Of a stretch of DNA of 64,000 nt, positions 54,423 to 63,577 are shown in pieces. The stretch is from a virus. A program made the position numbers and the translations under genes. Numbering within the stretch: position 1 is the stretch's first letter; the number at the start of each line of letters is the position of its first letter. Below the pieces are notes generated by a model. It made no database searches. It worked only from the letters and a program-made list of their open reading frames with translations, and was not told the DNA's origin. The DNA lies in the IMG/VR virus record IMGVR_UViG_3300025141_000055, positions 1-64,000 of that record; one strand, 5' to 3'.

Positions 54423-57171
54423 GTTTGATAAAAGCGGTGTCCCAATCTTTCGATTGGGTGTCTTGAGCGAACTCTACAGGGGATGGTAGCCTGTCGGGTC
54501 CTTTTGCTGCTCGGTCTGAGTGTAAATCATATGCCTTCAGACGTAACCCCTGGATCGAGGGAATACCATCTTTAAGTACCGTTTTACATCCGGGAATCTT
54601 GAGAATGTTTGTGAGTGCCTCTTTAGTTCTTTCTACGAACCGATGCTTGGCCGCAGGTTTATAACCACAGGCTTTGCAAAAGTTGGCATAGCTAGGGTAT
54701 AGAGCACCATAAGCATTAGCAACATATAAACCTTTTTCACTTTCATCCGTAGAAGGTTTCCTGGCTCCTTGACCCACCGGCGTGGCGGAATTGGGAGCAT
54801 AGAGACAACAATCATTAAGCCATGCAACAAATTGATTGTTGAATAGGAGGGCATCAATATTGGTTCGGTTGAGGGAAGGCACATGCTTGGTCGGGTTAAC
54901 CAAGATGTCTCTCATTAGATCATGATCGAGAGTTAGAGCCCACCTTACGATTCCACTCATCTCATTAGCGAATACTCCTTCAATGCGATCTTCAAAAACA
55001 CTAATCAGTTCTTTACGATCACTCGGAGGCACGACGTGATCCATCACAATGGTCAGCCGCCTTCTTTCGAGGCCGCTAGTGGAATCGTTAGAAGTGATGT
55101 GTTCATTACTAGCGATACAGACGAGACATTCTGGTTTAAAACTAATTATTTCCTTACCATATTTGCGTTCGGCTCGCAGAGTATCAGCAGCGGACGTAAG
55201 TTTTTTCAGTACGTCCATCCGTTTGTTGTAGTTGCTCTCGTCGGTTAGAAGAACTAATCGTTTACCTATGAGGTTATAAGTCTCAAATTTATTGGTTTCT
55301 ATAATTTCGAGGCTGGAGGTGTGAGTGCTGTGGAATCCAGCTAGTGCAACTAATAGTTGTTGCATTGTCGATTTACCTGTACCCCCTGGTCCTACAAGGT
55401 GCAAGAACCTTTCTCCCGCGGTATGTCCCGTGAGGATGGCTCGGGCGAAGGCGCGGATGAGAATGTCTTGATTTTTACCGAGAGAACTCTTTATCCATTT
55501 GAGAAAGTTAGGGCATTCAGAGGAACTATCGAAGGGATAGGAAAGTTTGTGTCTCAAGAACAGATCTTTATGTTTGCCTTCTTGAAACTCCAGAGTATGT
55601 GCGTTTAAGACACCATTTGTAAAAGGGATAAATCCTCTGGACTGACTCCATATACTCTTACGTCCTCCTTCGGCCGACCGCAGGAGTTTTGCTTTCAGTA
55701 TTTGGTAAACACTATTAATCGTGGCCGCGTTGTATTTAGGAAGAACCCCTGCTGTGACAAAGGAGTCAAGGGCTTTGACAATTCTTCTTTTAATGTGTTG
55801 TTCATCTTGCACATACCAGATGTCATAGTCCAAGTGGTAGTGGTAGAACTGGTCAAGATAACTGTCGTAAACAAAGTCATCACCTTGATTAGCGACAATG
55901 ATGTCAGCTACGTCGTTCTCGGAGAACTGACGTTTTTGACCTTGTCCTTTCTGTAAACTAATTAATTGAGAGGGAGTTGAAGGAGTAGACATTGAAGTGA
56001 GGGGAGGTGTTGATGTTGATCTCTCTGTGTTCGCTTTTGTTGCTACTTGCAGACTGAATATAGAAGGGTCAGCTACTGAGTTAGCTGCTTCTTTTTTATG
56101 TTTATAAAATGCATCCTTCTGTTCGGAGGAGGCGTATTTTTCAAAGGTGGACCGACTGACCTTTTTTAATTTTTTCCAAATAGCTAAAGCTCCAAGATCG
56201 GAGGCTAGAGCAATGGCGGGCTGGAGATCTTCTACTCCACGGATGGAGTTGAGGATACGAGAGAATTTGCCATCGAGGTCATGAGGGTACTCATAGATGC
56301 TATAGAATGCATGGTGTGCAATTGTCAACGGGGATTCCTGTACAGGTATCTCATTGATACGTAACCAGTTTGCCCACCCGATCAGTTCCTTGAAGACAAC
56401 CGCCATGGTCGAACTCCGGTCCTGCACTTGGCCACCATCGAGTACTGATCGAACAGTGTTGGAGACAAGTTTCTCCAGATCCACCCCATCGGTGCGTACG
56501 AGAATCCCTGAAATCATTTCTGCAGGGTCTGAAGCCAGGGAAGAGGGTTCGACCGGGAGGTCTAGGTAGACGAGCTGAGCCTCGTTGACTTTACTAGCCG
56601 GGATAAATTTGCCAGGAGTAGCGAAGATCGCCTGTTGACTCTTAGGACCATAAAATAAGTTGGGTACAGTCGTGGCTCTGGGGTCTGAACCCGGTATCTG
56701 GCTATATATCTGCTTGGTAAACCACTGGTAGAAAGCCGGATCAATTACATGTTGTTCCAGGCCGAATACCAAGCGAAAACGAGGCCACTGAGGCGTGGTA
56801 GATGGAGAGAGGTAAGCAAGCGTGAGATATTTCTGACAAATATCGAGATTGAGGGCTTCTTCAGGGGTGAGTTCTTGTTGTTGAACTTTGTTCCCTTTTT
56901 CGTCTTTGTAAGGCGCCTGGTTGTCTATATCAACAATAATGAGTCCTGCTTGTGTAACTCCTGTTTTATCCGCTTGTCTTCGACCCCCAAGCATGTGCCA
57001 CGCACAGAGGCCGTGACAGTGCTGTAGATGATTAGAAAGCTGAGTTACATCGAGTTCTGAAGCAACCCAGTTAGAGTTAAAAGCTTGGAAGTTACCTCCT
57101 TCGGCTATTTTACCTGTCTGGGGATGGAGAAATGATGATACTACTTCATTTATAGAGCAAACAAACTTCAT
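54364..57171 (-). CDS. Primase-helicase (AEP-like primase plus D5/SF3 helicase)
   Basis: IIVDIDN, Y.SPS....PRFRLVF; IPFTNGVL, GPGGTGKST Walker A, LLTDE Walker B, ASN, RRL. Confidence 0.9.
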   Translation of the reverse strand: MKFVCSINEVVSSFLHPQTGKIAEGGNFQAFNSNWVASELDVTQLSNHLQHCHGLCAWHMLGGRRQADKTGVTQAGLIIVDIDNQAPYKDEKGNKVQQQELTPEEALNLDICQKYLTLAYLSPSTTPQWPRFRLVFGLEQHVIDPAFYQWFTKQIYSQIPGSDPRATTVPNLFYGPKSQQAIFATPGKFIPASKVNEAQLVYLDLPVEPSSLASDPAEMISGILVRTDGVDLEKLVSNTVRSVLDGGQVQDRSSTMAVVFKELIGWANWLRINEIPVQESPLTIAHHAFYSIYEYPHDLDGKFSRILNSIRGVEDLQPAIALASDLGALAIWKKLKKVSRSTFEKYASSEQKDAFYKHKKEAANSVADPSIFSLQVATKANTERSTSTPPLTSMSTPSTPSQLISLQKGQGQKRQFSENDVADIIVANQGDDFVYDSYLDQFYHYHLDYDIWYVQDEQHIKRRIVKALDSFVTAGVLPKYNAATINSVYQILKAKLLRSAEGGRKSIWSQSRGFIPFTNGVLNAHTLEFQEGKHKDLFLRHKLSYPFDSSSECPNFLKWIKSSLGKNQDILIRAFARAILTGHTAGERFLHLVGPGGTGKSTMQQLLVALAGFHSTHTSSLEIIETNKFETYNLIGKRLVLLTDESNYNKRMDVLKKLTSAADTLRAERKYGKEIISFKPECLVCIASNEHITSNDSTSGLERRRLTIVMDHVVPPSDRKELISVFEDRIEGVFANEMSGIVRWALTLDHDLMRDILVNPTKHVPSLNRTNIDALLFNNQFVAWLNDCCLYAPNSATPVGQGARKPSTDESEKGLYVANAYGALYPSYANFCKACGYKPAAKHRFVERTKEALTNILKIPGCKTVLKDGIPSIQGLRLKAYDLHSDRAAKGPDRLPSPVEFAQDTQSKDWDTAFIKHDPANQPSHNTSDPQWSRS

Positions 57172-57219
57172 GGTGTGCTGTGACGTGCATTGACTATACC
57201 GTATTCCACTAATAGGGGA

Positions 57220-57999
57220 TCAGATGTTGGGATGGAGCTGATAGTAGTTCTTTACTACTTCAAACCACTTCTCTTCATCTTTCTCCACCGCCTCAGGTCC
57301 GAATGTAAAAACCTGAGTGTTGAAGGCTTTCACTGCGGTAGAAACGATAATCTGGGTTTTATCAATTGTAATCCCCAAACAATTTTCCGCTGCTGCTTTG
57401 TATGCCGCAAGTTGTAAACGGGTTTTCTTCGTCTTAAAAGCCCCGGAGATAAGGGCTTTACGTATACTGTCTTCTAATTTTTGCTCTTTACGTGGGAATT
57501 TAGCTGCGTAGGGGCCGACGCTTGTTTTAAAATCGGCCAAAATAATTTGAGCGTTTTTGTCCATATAAATAAGGTCGCAGCAGCCCGCGTACCCATACCC
57601 GGTTTCCGCATCAAAGTAATAAAGGCGCCCTACACCATCATCACCCACAAACTTCGACCAGCGGGGTTGGTTAAAGGGTTTTTCGGACCAAAGTATCCGT
57701 CCCCCATCAATTAAGTCATCGATGATTTCAGGCATTCCATCCCAATAAGGTTGATAATCCTCGGGGGGAATAACCCGTAGTCCTTTGATGTAGTTCTCTA
57801 CACTCCCATGGATCCATGTCCCCCTCTCGGCAGCCTTATCTGCGACGCCGGGATTGAGCTTATTCCAGTGAGCTAGTTTTTTCCTCTGCTGTTCTGTTTG
57901 GGAGGAGCTCAGAATAGAAGTTACAGAAGGGAGAGGTTTAACCACCCCAGGACATATGTAATGTCTTCTGCCATCTATGGTGACCCTGGTGGTAGACAA
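57220..57999 (-). CDS. PD-(D/E)xK exonuclease (Cas4/RecB-like)
   Basis: PSVTSIL, RGT..H, SE, YAG.CD, LADFKTS, QLAAY. Confidence 0.9.
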   Translation of the reverse strand: MSTTRVTIDGRRHYICPGVVKPLPSVTSILSSSQTEQQRKKLAHWNKLNPGVADKAAERGTWIHGSVENYIKGLRVIPPEDYQPYWDGMPEIIDDLIDGGRILWSEKPFNQPRWSKFVGDDGVGRLYYFDAETGYGYAGCCDLIYMDKNAQIILADFKTSVGPYAAKFPRKEQKLEDSIRKALISGAFKTKKTRLQLAAYKAAAENCLGITIDKTQIIVSTAVKAFNTQVFTFGPEAVEKDEEKWFEVVKNYYQLHPNI

Positions 58000-58024
58000 A
58001 AAAGTAAGTGCAGACGGCCTGATA

Positions 58025-58345
58025 CTAGAACGAATTTATGAAATCGTTGGGGTCATTAGGGAGTTTAGTCCCCACCTCACGGGGTTCAATAAAGAACTCA
58101 GATTTTTGATAGGCGTATTCCTTATCTCGTTGTTCAAGATCCCCCATTAGACATAAGGCGGCTGAATAAGCCTCCGTGGTTATTTCTGCGCACTCTTCAG
58201 CGGAGCGAGTAGAACCATCGGGGGCGACACATTCGGTTAAAAGTTGTTGTGCTGCTATCAGAGCAGTAATTTTTTCCAACTTAAGGTTAGTCTCCTTAAG
58301 CTGAGTACCGATTTCTTCGAGAGCATCAAAGAGGCGTTTGCTCAC
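58025..58345 (-). CDS. Hypothetical protein
   Basis: ORF track; coiled-coil N-terminus. Confidence 0.6.
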   Translation of the reverse strand: MSKRLFDALEEIGTQLKETNLKLEKITALIAAQQLLTECVAPDGSTRSAEECAEITTEAYSAALCLMGDLEQRDKEYAYQKSEFFIEPREVGTKLPNDPNDFINSF

Positions 58346-58871
58346 TGTTTGGTATCGGCGGGTTAGGCCAGCCTACTTCGTATTCGATCATAGTACTAGT
58401 AGACGCATCTGGCTGCTTTTTAAAGACAAACCATGCAGAAGTCACCGAGTCTTTTAATTGTTTCCCATCTCCTCTAAAAGAAGGACGAGGGCTAAGGATT
58501 TTTAGATTCGTAAGAGAAGCGCCTTTAAGGAAACGTTCCCTACGTCGAGTGGGCTCAAGAAAAGTAAGGCGATCTAGGATGATTAACCCTTGTTTGGCCA
58601 CGTCATGTCCATACTCCGTTACCCATGTTGAGAGGTCACCCATTCCTTGTGTGATGGCTATAACCCAGTCGACACCCCGATGTTGTTCCCACCACTCTGG
58701 TTCGGAGAGACTGTTTAGATCAAAATTGCAGGTTAAATCCGTTAGGCCCGCTTGGCGCACTTGCTGTGCTAACTGGCGATCAAAGTCGGTAGGGAGAAGG
58801 ATGGATCCTTCGCAGATGCCACTATCCCGAATAGGATTAAAAATGAACTTAGGGACTTGATAAAAACCCAT
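58326..58871 (-). CDS. Degenerate adenine-methyltransferase-like protein
   Basis: FY..P, DWVI (no following NPPF), L.RLTFLEP...R..FL, PRPSF...G..DSVTSAWFV. Confidence 0.55.
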   Translation of the reverse strand: MGFYQVPKFIFNPIRDSGICEGSILLPTDFDRQLAQQVRQAGLTDLTCNFDLNSLSEPEWWEQHRGVDWVIAITQGMGDLSTWVTEYGHDVAKQGLIILDRLTFLEPTRRRERFLKGASLTNLKILSPRPSFRGDGKQLKDSVTSAWFVFKKQPDASTSTMIEYEVGWPNPPIPNSEQTPL

Positions 58872-59142
58872 GCCGGAGTTAAGTGAAGAATTTATAGACG
58901 TGGTCAGGGCTCATATGACGTATGAGCAAGCTTTTACTCATAGGGTTTTTACAGATTGTTTTTTCGAGCTTAGTCCAAAAGATCAAGAAGATGTGCTTGC
59001 TATTGTCTATGCTAACTATCTCATCAGAGGAAGATTATTAGCCGGAATCTTAGAGTGGTCCGCGAAGGAAAAGGTAGTGATCCCTAATTTTGGGGATCTA
59101 TTAGCTCCCGGAATGATTGGCATAAAGAAAGAGGTACCCTAG
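58870..59142 (+). CDS. nblA: NblA-like phycobilisome degradation protein (putative)
   Basis: MTYEQAFTHRVF...LS...DVL..VY....IR....IL..W aligns without gaps to the NblA pattern LSLEQQF.IR.F...MS...DFL..LY..M..R....LL. Confidence 0.6.
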   Translation: MPELSEEFIDVVRAHMTYEQAFTHRVFTDCFFELSPKDQEDVLAIVYANYLIRGRLLAGILEWSAKEKVVIPNFGDLLAPGMIGIKKEVP

Positions 59143-59153
59143 GGCACCCCTTC
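59125..59153 (-). terminator. Terminator hairpin (minus strand, possibly bidirectional)
   Basis: Minus strand reads AAGGGGTGCCC-TA-GGGTACCTCTTTCTTT. Confidence 0.6.
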
Positions 59154-59213
59154 CAACACCACACCACCGAAAACAGTTACACCGAGGAACTGTCCGGACT
59201 CTAGAATTATAGC

Positions 59214-60068
59214 TTAGAAGTCAAGACCGGCTGCCTTGAGGGCTTCTTTTTGTTCTTCGGTTAATTCTCTCTTACCCGCGGGTTTTTTCGGGGAAGGTGT
59301 TTCACCTCCGGTCGCTTTGGTTGCGGGGGCGGGAGCTTCACTAGAGGGGACGGCTGTGGTAGCTGACGGAAGAGCTTGAGTCATCTTTGAGGATGTTCCG
59401 TCAATCTGCTTGGGGTATGCCTCATCAAAAACTGCTTTGATTTTTGAATGGTCTTCTCCCAAAGGAAGCTCGACCAAATTAGCACCGGAGATATTAGAAC
59501 GTAGTGCAGAAGATACCAATTCTCCTCCATCACTTTCAAGCCATGCTGATATATCCGCGATGAGTTTAGTTTCCTCGTCATTACTAGGTGGACGATCCCT
59601 AAATTCCAACGCGTTATAGTTTATCTTGGCGCCGTCCGCCCCAGTCACTGGGTCGCGTTCATTAAAAGATTTTTGAACGAACTTAGTTGATGTAATGACT
59701 TCACCTACGTTTATCCTGTTGTTGTATAAGGTTTGGAAGTAGGAAATAAAGTTTTTTTGACTTGATTTACCGCTGATAATACTTGTTGAGACACAACGAG
59801 GCGGTAATAAACGATGATTAGGGGAGACCCCGATGAAGCTAATACGTATAAATTCCTCATGGTCTCGCATACCAAGGTTCCCGTAGAACGGTACGAAACC
59901 AAGGAGGATGAATTCAATGGGTATCCCATTGTCGTTTCTGTCCGTGATAGCGGCCGCAGGATCAGTATCGGATTTCCAACGACGCGCTTGAAGGTCGATA
60001 CGCAGCGTGTGCGGCGGAATTTGGCAAAGAATTTCATCCGCAGAAAATTTACCAGCAATAAAAACCAT
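59214..60068 (-). CDS. Putative ssDNA-binding/annealing protein
   Basis: Beta-rich N-domain with a disordered tail ending DF; adjacent to the SSB and exonuclease. Confidence 0.5.
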   Translation of the reverse strand: MVFIAGKFSADEILCQIPPHTLRIDLQARRWKSDTDPAAAITDRNDNGIPIEFILLGFVPFYGNLGMRDHEEFIRISFIGVSPNHRLLPPRCVSTSIISGKSSQKNFISYFQTLYNNRINVGEVITSTKFVQKSFNERDPVTGADGAKINYNALEFRDRPPSNDEETKLIADISAWLESDGGELVSSALRSNISGANLVELPLGEDHSKIKAVFDEAYPKQIDGTSSKMTQALPSATTAVPSSEAPAPATKATGGETPSPKKPAGKRELTEEQKEALKAAGLDF

Positions 60069-60099
60069 GATTTAGAGTTGTTTGTGAGTTGAGTGTTAG

Positions 60100-60744
60100 T
60101 TAGAGAGAGAAGTCGAGGGAGCCAAGAGCTGCGGGAGATACCCTACCTTTTTCGGGATCAGCTGCTTTTTCTGGGGGTTTCCGAGAACCTCTTGGGAGGT
60201 ATAGAACCTTATCTAAGCCATAGTTAAGGTACTTTTTATCATCTTTCTCCGAGGTACTGACGCGTCCAACCGCAATGGTAGGGGTACCTGGAGGAAGAGA
60301 TGCTAGTTGACCTGACAGCTCATTCCAACCACTAAGTTTCATCCAGCTGGTGTTCTGGTCCTCATCTTGCCAAGCTAGAGACCTGTTAGTCACAGTATCT
60401 CCATCTAGATTGTTTTCGTCGGCCTTGGGGCCTAACCCTCCCGTGGCGACAAAAATATTAATGGCAAGGAGATCTGCGAAGTTCCCTTCTCCAACAACCA
60501 GCATGGGTTGCATACGAAGAACGCCATCGGGATCAGATTTTGTGGGACCTAGTGCAAGGCATGTGTCTCCTTGTTTAAGGTTCTTCATGGTTTTGCCAAC
60601 GTAGTGGTCAGCTTTTTGAATAAGACTGACCTTGGTGCTGACTTTTCTTTCGCTTGAGGGGAGAGATTCCCCGGTTAGATTGATCGAACCATCGGTTTCA
60701 AGAGGGTTGTCTGTCACCCGAAGGCCGAGAATGAAGATGTTCAT
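60100..60744 (-). CDS. ssb: Single-stranded DNA-binding protein (tandem OB fold)
   Basis: Two repeats starting (M/I)NIF..G; W..L..W......L..L..G......GR in the second domain. Confidence 0.6.
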   Translation of the reverse strand: MNIFILGLRVTDNPLETDGSINLTGESLPSSERKVSTKVSLIQKADHYVGKTMKNLKQGDTCLALGPTKSDPDGVLRMQPMLVVGEGNFADLLAINIFVATGGLGPKADENNLDGDTVTNRSLAWQDEDQNTSWMKLSGWNELSGQLASLPPGTPTIAVGRVSTSEKDDKKYLNYGLDKVLYLPRGSRKPPEKAADPEKGRVSPAALGSLDFSL

Positions 60745-61267
60745 TCCGTAGTATCCGATAAATAGTTGAGCGATGTACTTTAAGAGCTTTGGCGATTTCC
60801 TTTACAGGAGCGCCGCTGCTCGCGAAGGCTAGCGCAAGTGCAGTATCCGCACTGGTTAATTTAGCGGCTTTAAAGATTTTGTAACTATTATGAAAGGGGT
60901 TGATACAGTTCTTACGATTACAAGAGTTGTGTGCGTATACATCATCCCCTACTTGGAGATAATTCATTATTAATGGACGCACGTAGTACCTTTTACCTAA
61001 TGCGTAGATTACTGGGGATGTATTTGTGAACCCTCCATTCCAGATATAACAAGCTTTTCTGGGGAAATCACTAAAGGCTAATCTTCTAAATAAATCACTT
61101 AAGGTTGTTGTTTCTCCTTTTTCGTAATTTAAACTGAAGGTGTCTGCTTTTAATGCGTTAGATATATCTGCTGCTTGAGCCTGTGCATGAACTCCATCAT
61201 TTGCAGTGAGGGAGATAGGTAAACTTATATTTTTACGTTCTACTGTGAGTATATATTCAGTAGACAT
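60698..61267 (-). CDS. His-Me/HNH-like protein with C-terminal HTH
   Basis: CYIWNG, H.SC....CINPFH, then VKEIAKALKVHRSTIYRIL. Confidence 0.7.
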   Translation of the reverse strand: MSTEYILTVERKNISLPISLTANDGVHAQAQAADISNALKADTFSLNYEKGETTTLSDLFRRLAFSDFPRKACYIWNGGFTNTSPVIYALGKRYYVRPLIMNYLQVGDDVYAHNSCNRKNCINPFHNSYKIFKAAKLTSADTALALAFASSGAPVKEIAKALKVHRSTIYRILRNEHLHSRPSGDRQPS

Positions 61268-61448
61268 CGTTAGGCAAAAACTCCGCGTTCCTCATGAGTA
61301 AGTCCAACTCCTCTTCTGTTAGCTGCAGGAGAGGAGCATATTTCTTCCAAACCCTAGGCCCTCTCAGAATAAATCGGATAAGACTAATCACTGATGATGA
61401 TAGGAGTGAATTCCCTAGAAGGATACTAACTCGTGGGGGAAGGAACTG

Positions 61449-62951
61449 TTAGCGAACCATATCGTAAACGCCGCCCCCACCAGGCACGTTAGGACCACGT
61501 AATTTATCAATGTTTGCATCGAGGAAGGCCTTAATTTCTTGATTACTCTTCCCCTGGTTTCTAGCTGCCTCTAGGTCTGCGTGGCCGAAGTAGTCTGCAC
61601 TTTGTCCGTGTGCGAGGCTGATGCTTCCACCGCCATTACCGCCATTACCGCCAGAGAGGTTGTCGTACAGACCACCTCCACCGGGAACATTGTGAGCACG
61701 CAGTAGTGAGGGGTTTTGGTCTAGGTAAGATTTAATTTCCTCATCAGACCATCCAGCTCCTTTTGCGGCTTGTAGATCAACGTCTCCAAAGTATGCTGCA
61801 CTCTGACCTCCTCCAATTCCTATTGGGTCACGTTCATCACGATCAGGGGTAACACCATATCCGACTTGAGCGGATGAACCCAACTTGTCGTATAAACCTC
61901 CGCCTCCGGGTACGTTGGCGTCACGAAGAAGACCGATGTTCTGATCGAGATAGGCTTTAATTTCTGTATCCGAGTAGCCTGCTCCTCTCGCCGCATCTAA
62001 ATCTCTTCCGCCGAAGAAGGCGGCACTCGCGCCATGACGAATGGATATGGGATCACGCTCTGGTGTATTCGCGTATTGACCGTGGATTGTGTCTCCTAGT
62101 TCATCAAACAAACCACCTTGACCTGGGACATTCCCTTCACGAAGAAGCTGGGGATTATCTATAAGGTATCTCTTAATCTCTGAATCCTGGAAGCCAGCTC
62201 CCCTAGCTGCCTCTAGGTCTGCGTGGCCGAAGTAGTCTCCACTTTGTCCGAGTTCTATTTCCGGACGATTACCTTGGGACCATGTACGGGATACCGAACC
62301 GATCTGCTCCGTTGGTACTCCCCCACTAATTTGCTCATATAGACCCCCGGCCATGCCCGGACGGTTTTGTTCGTGAACCAGATCCAGATTATCTCTCATC
62401 CAGTCTTGAATCTCGCCTGGCTCGTATCCCGCATCCAATGCTTTCTTATAGTCCATGCCTCCAAAAAGACCACTCTGTCCAAATTCGGTGGCAAGATCGC
62501 CGAGGTCTCTTCTGCTGTCGAAAATATTGTTGGGATCTTCTTCGGGATCTGTGCCTACGTAGGTATCACCCGTGCCAACTCCATCCTCAGTGTTTACTCC
62601 TACTTGGTTAATGTTGGTTAAGTTAATCCCTGTGGCTGGCTCAGGGGCCAGGGTCATTGTGTTTATTTGGGTATCTCTGTTTAGTCCTCCTTTATACCCA
62701 AGAACATTTCCTCCTCTTCCTTTTGAAAGAGATTGAAAACCAAAGGTTGGTAGATAGCCGGCCCATGCTCCGTCGGTGTTGGACACGTTGGCGAATTGCC
62801 CACCTTCGGTAGATCCACCTGTATCAGTTCCTGCGTCTGCACTTCCTTCGGGAACAGCTGCACCACTAAAGAAACCACCGAGGTCTAGCCCGAATCTGTT
62901 ACCTGCTTGACGCAGAAGACTAGGGGGGACTTTATACCTAGACGCAGTCAT
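61449..62951 (-). CDS. Repeat protein with five ~55-70-aa FG..D..AA..AG....EIK..L..N...NVPGGGG.YD units
   Basis: Five repeats visible in translation; a 48-bp nucleotide repeat at 61561-61608 / 62203-62250 with one mismatch. Confidence 0.7.
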   Translation of the reverse strand: MTASRYKVPPSLLRQAGNRFGLDLGGFFSGAAVPEGSADAGTDTGGSTEGGQFANVSNTDGAWAGYLPTFGFQSLSKGRGGNVLGYKGGLNRDTQINTMTLAPEPATGINLTNINQVGVNTEDGVGTGDTYVGTDPEEDPNNIFDSRRDLGDLATEFGQSGLFGGMDYKKALDAGYEPGEIQDWMRDNLDLVHEQNRPGMAGGLYEQISGGVPTEQIGSVSRTWSQGNRPEIELGQSGDYFGHADLEAARGAGFQDSEIKRYLIDNPQLLREGNVPGQGGLFDELGDTIHGQYANTPERDPISIRHGASAAFFGGRDLDAARGAGYSDTEIKAYLDQNIGLLRDANVPGGGGLYDKLGSSAQVGYGVTPDRDERDPIGIGGGQSAAYFGDVDLQAAKGAGWSDEEIKSYLDQNPSLLRAHNVPGGGGLYDNLSGGNGGNGGGSISLAHGQSADYFGHADLEAARNQGKSNQEIKAFLDANIDKLRGPNVPGGGGVYDMVR

Positions 62952-63052
62952 GAAATCAATTCTTACCAGTCTTAACAGTATAAGCCAATTCGTTTATGGT
63001 TTTTAGTTATTAATAAGGGTGTCACTGGAAGATCTAGGCTACCCTACCTAAC

Positions 63053-63076
63053 AACTGGCACACTAACTGTCACACT
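63053..63076 (+). promoter_or_regulatory. Tandem 12-bp direct repeat upstream of the porin gene
   Basis: AACTGGCACACT-AACTGTCACACT. Confidence 0.4.
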
Positions 63077-63127
63077 ACTTTTTACTTGGTTTAGATTTTT
63101 GTAAATCTTTCTTTACATAAAGGAACA

Positions 63128-63499
63128 ATGATTAAGCCAGCACTACTTGCCGCTGCTGCCGTGTCCATGTTCGGCTCAGCTGCAATGGCTGACGTCTACG
63201 TGAACACAGAATTTAACGGTTCAGCTGTCGGTCAAGATTGGAAGGGGAGTACTACCGAGCTTCATATTGGTTGGAAGGGAAATCCTTCTGAAAATTCTGA
63301 GGTCTTCGCTCAGGTGGGCCCTGCCTTTACTTCAACTGATGGAGCTTCAGGTAGCGTCGATACTGATGTATCCGGAAAGCTAGGTGGCACAGTGGCACTT
63401 AGTGATAAGTTCGACCTTTATGGTGAAGTTTCATTCATCACCGATGAAACAGAGGATACAGCTTATGGGACCAAGGTCGGGGGTACTTATACCTTTTGA
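63128..63499 (+). CDS. Outer-membrane beta-barrel protein (cyanophage OMP-like)
   Basis: AAGGA RBS; signal peptide ending AMA; alternating beta strands, YGEVSF, C-terminal YTF (BAM-type signal). Confidence 0.8.
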   Translation: MIKPALLAAAAVSMFGSAAMADVYVNTEFNGSAVGQDWKGSTTELHIGWKGNPSENSEVFAQVGPAFTSTDGASGSVDTDVSGKLGGTVALSDKFDLYGEVSFITDETEDTAYGTKVGGTYTF

Positions 63500-63526
63500 A
63501 GTAAGCTAAATTAGTCCCCATTTAAT

Positions 63527-63566
63527 TCTCGCTAGGTTTCCTCACACACTTAGCGAGATTTTTTTT
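63527..63566 (+). terminator. Rho-independent terminator with a 16-nt loop
   Basis: TCTCGCTA-GGTTTCCTCACACACT-TAGCGAGA followed by TTTTTTTT. Confidence 0.75.
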
Positions 63567-63577
63567 ACCTAATAATC

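Noticed and set aside
63101-63116. NtcA site upstream of the porin
   Set aside because: The GTA...TAC spacing is 10 nt rather than the canonical 8.
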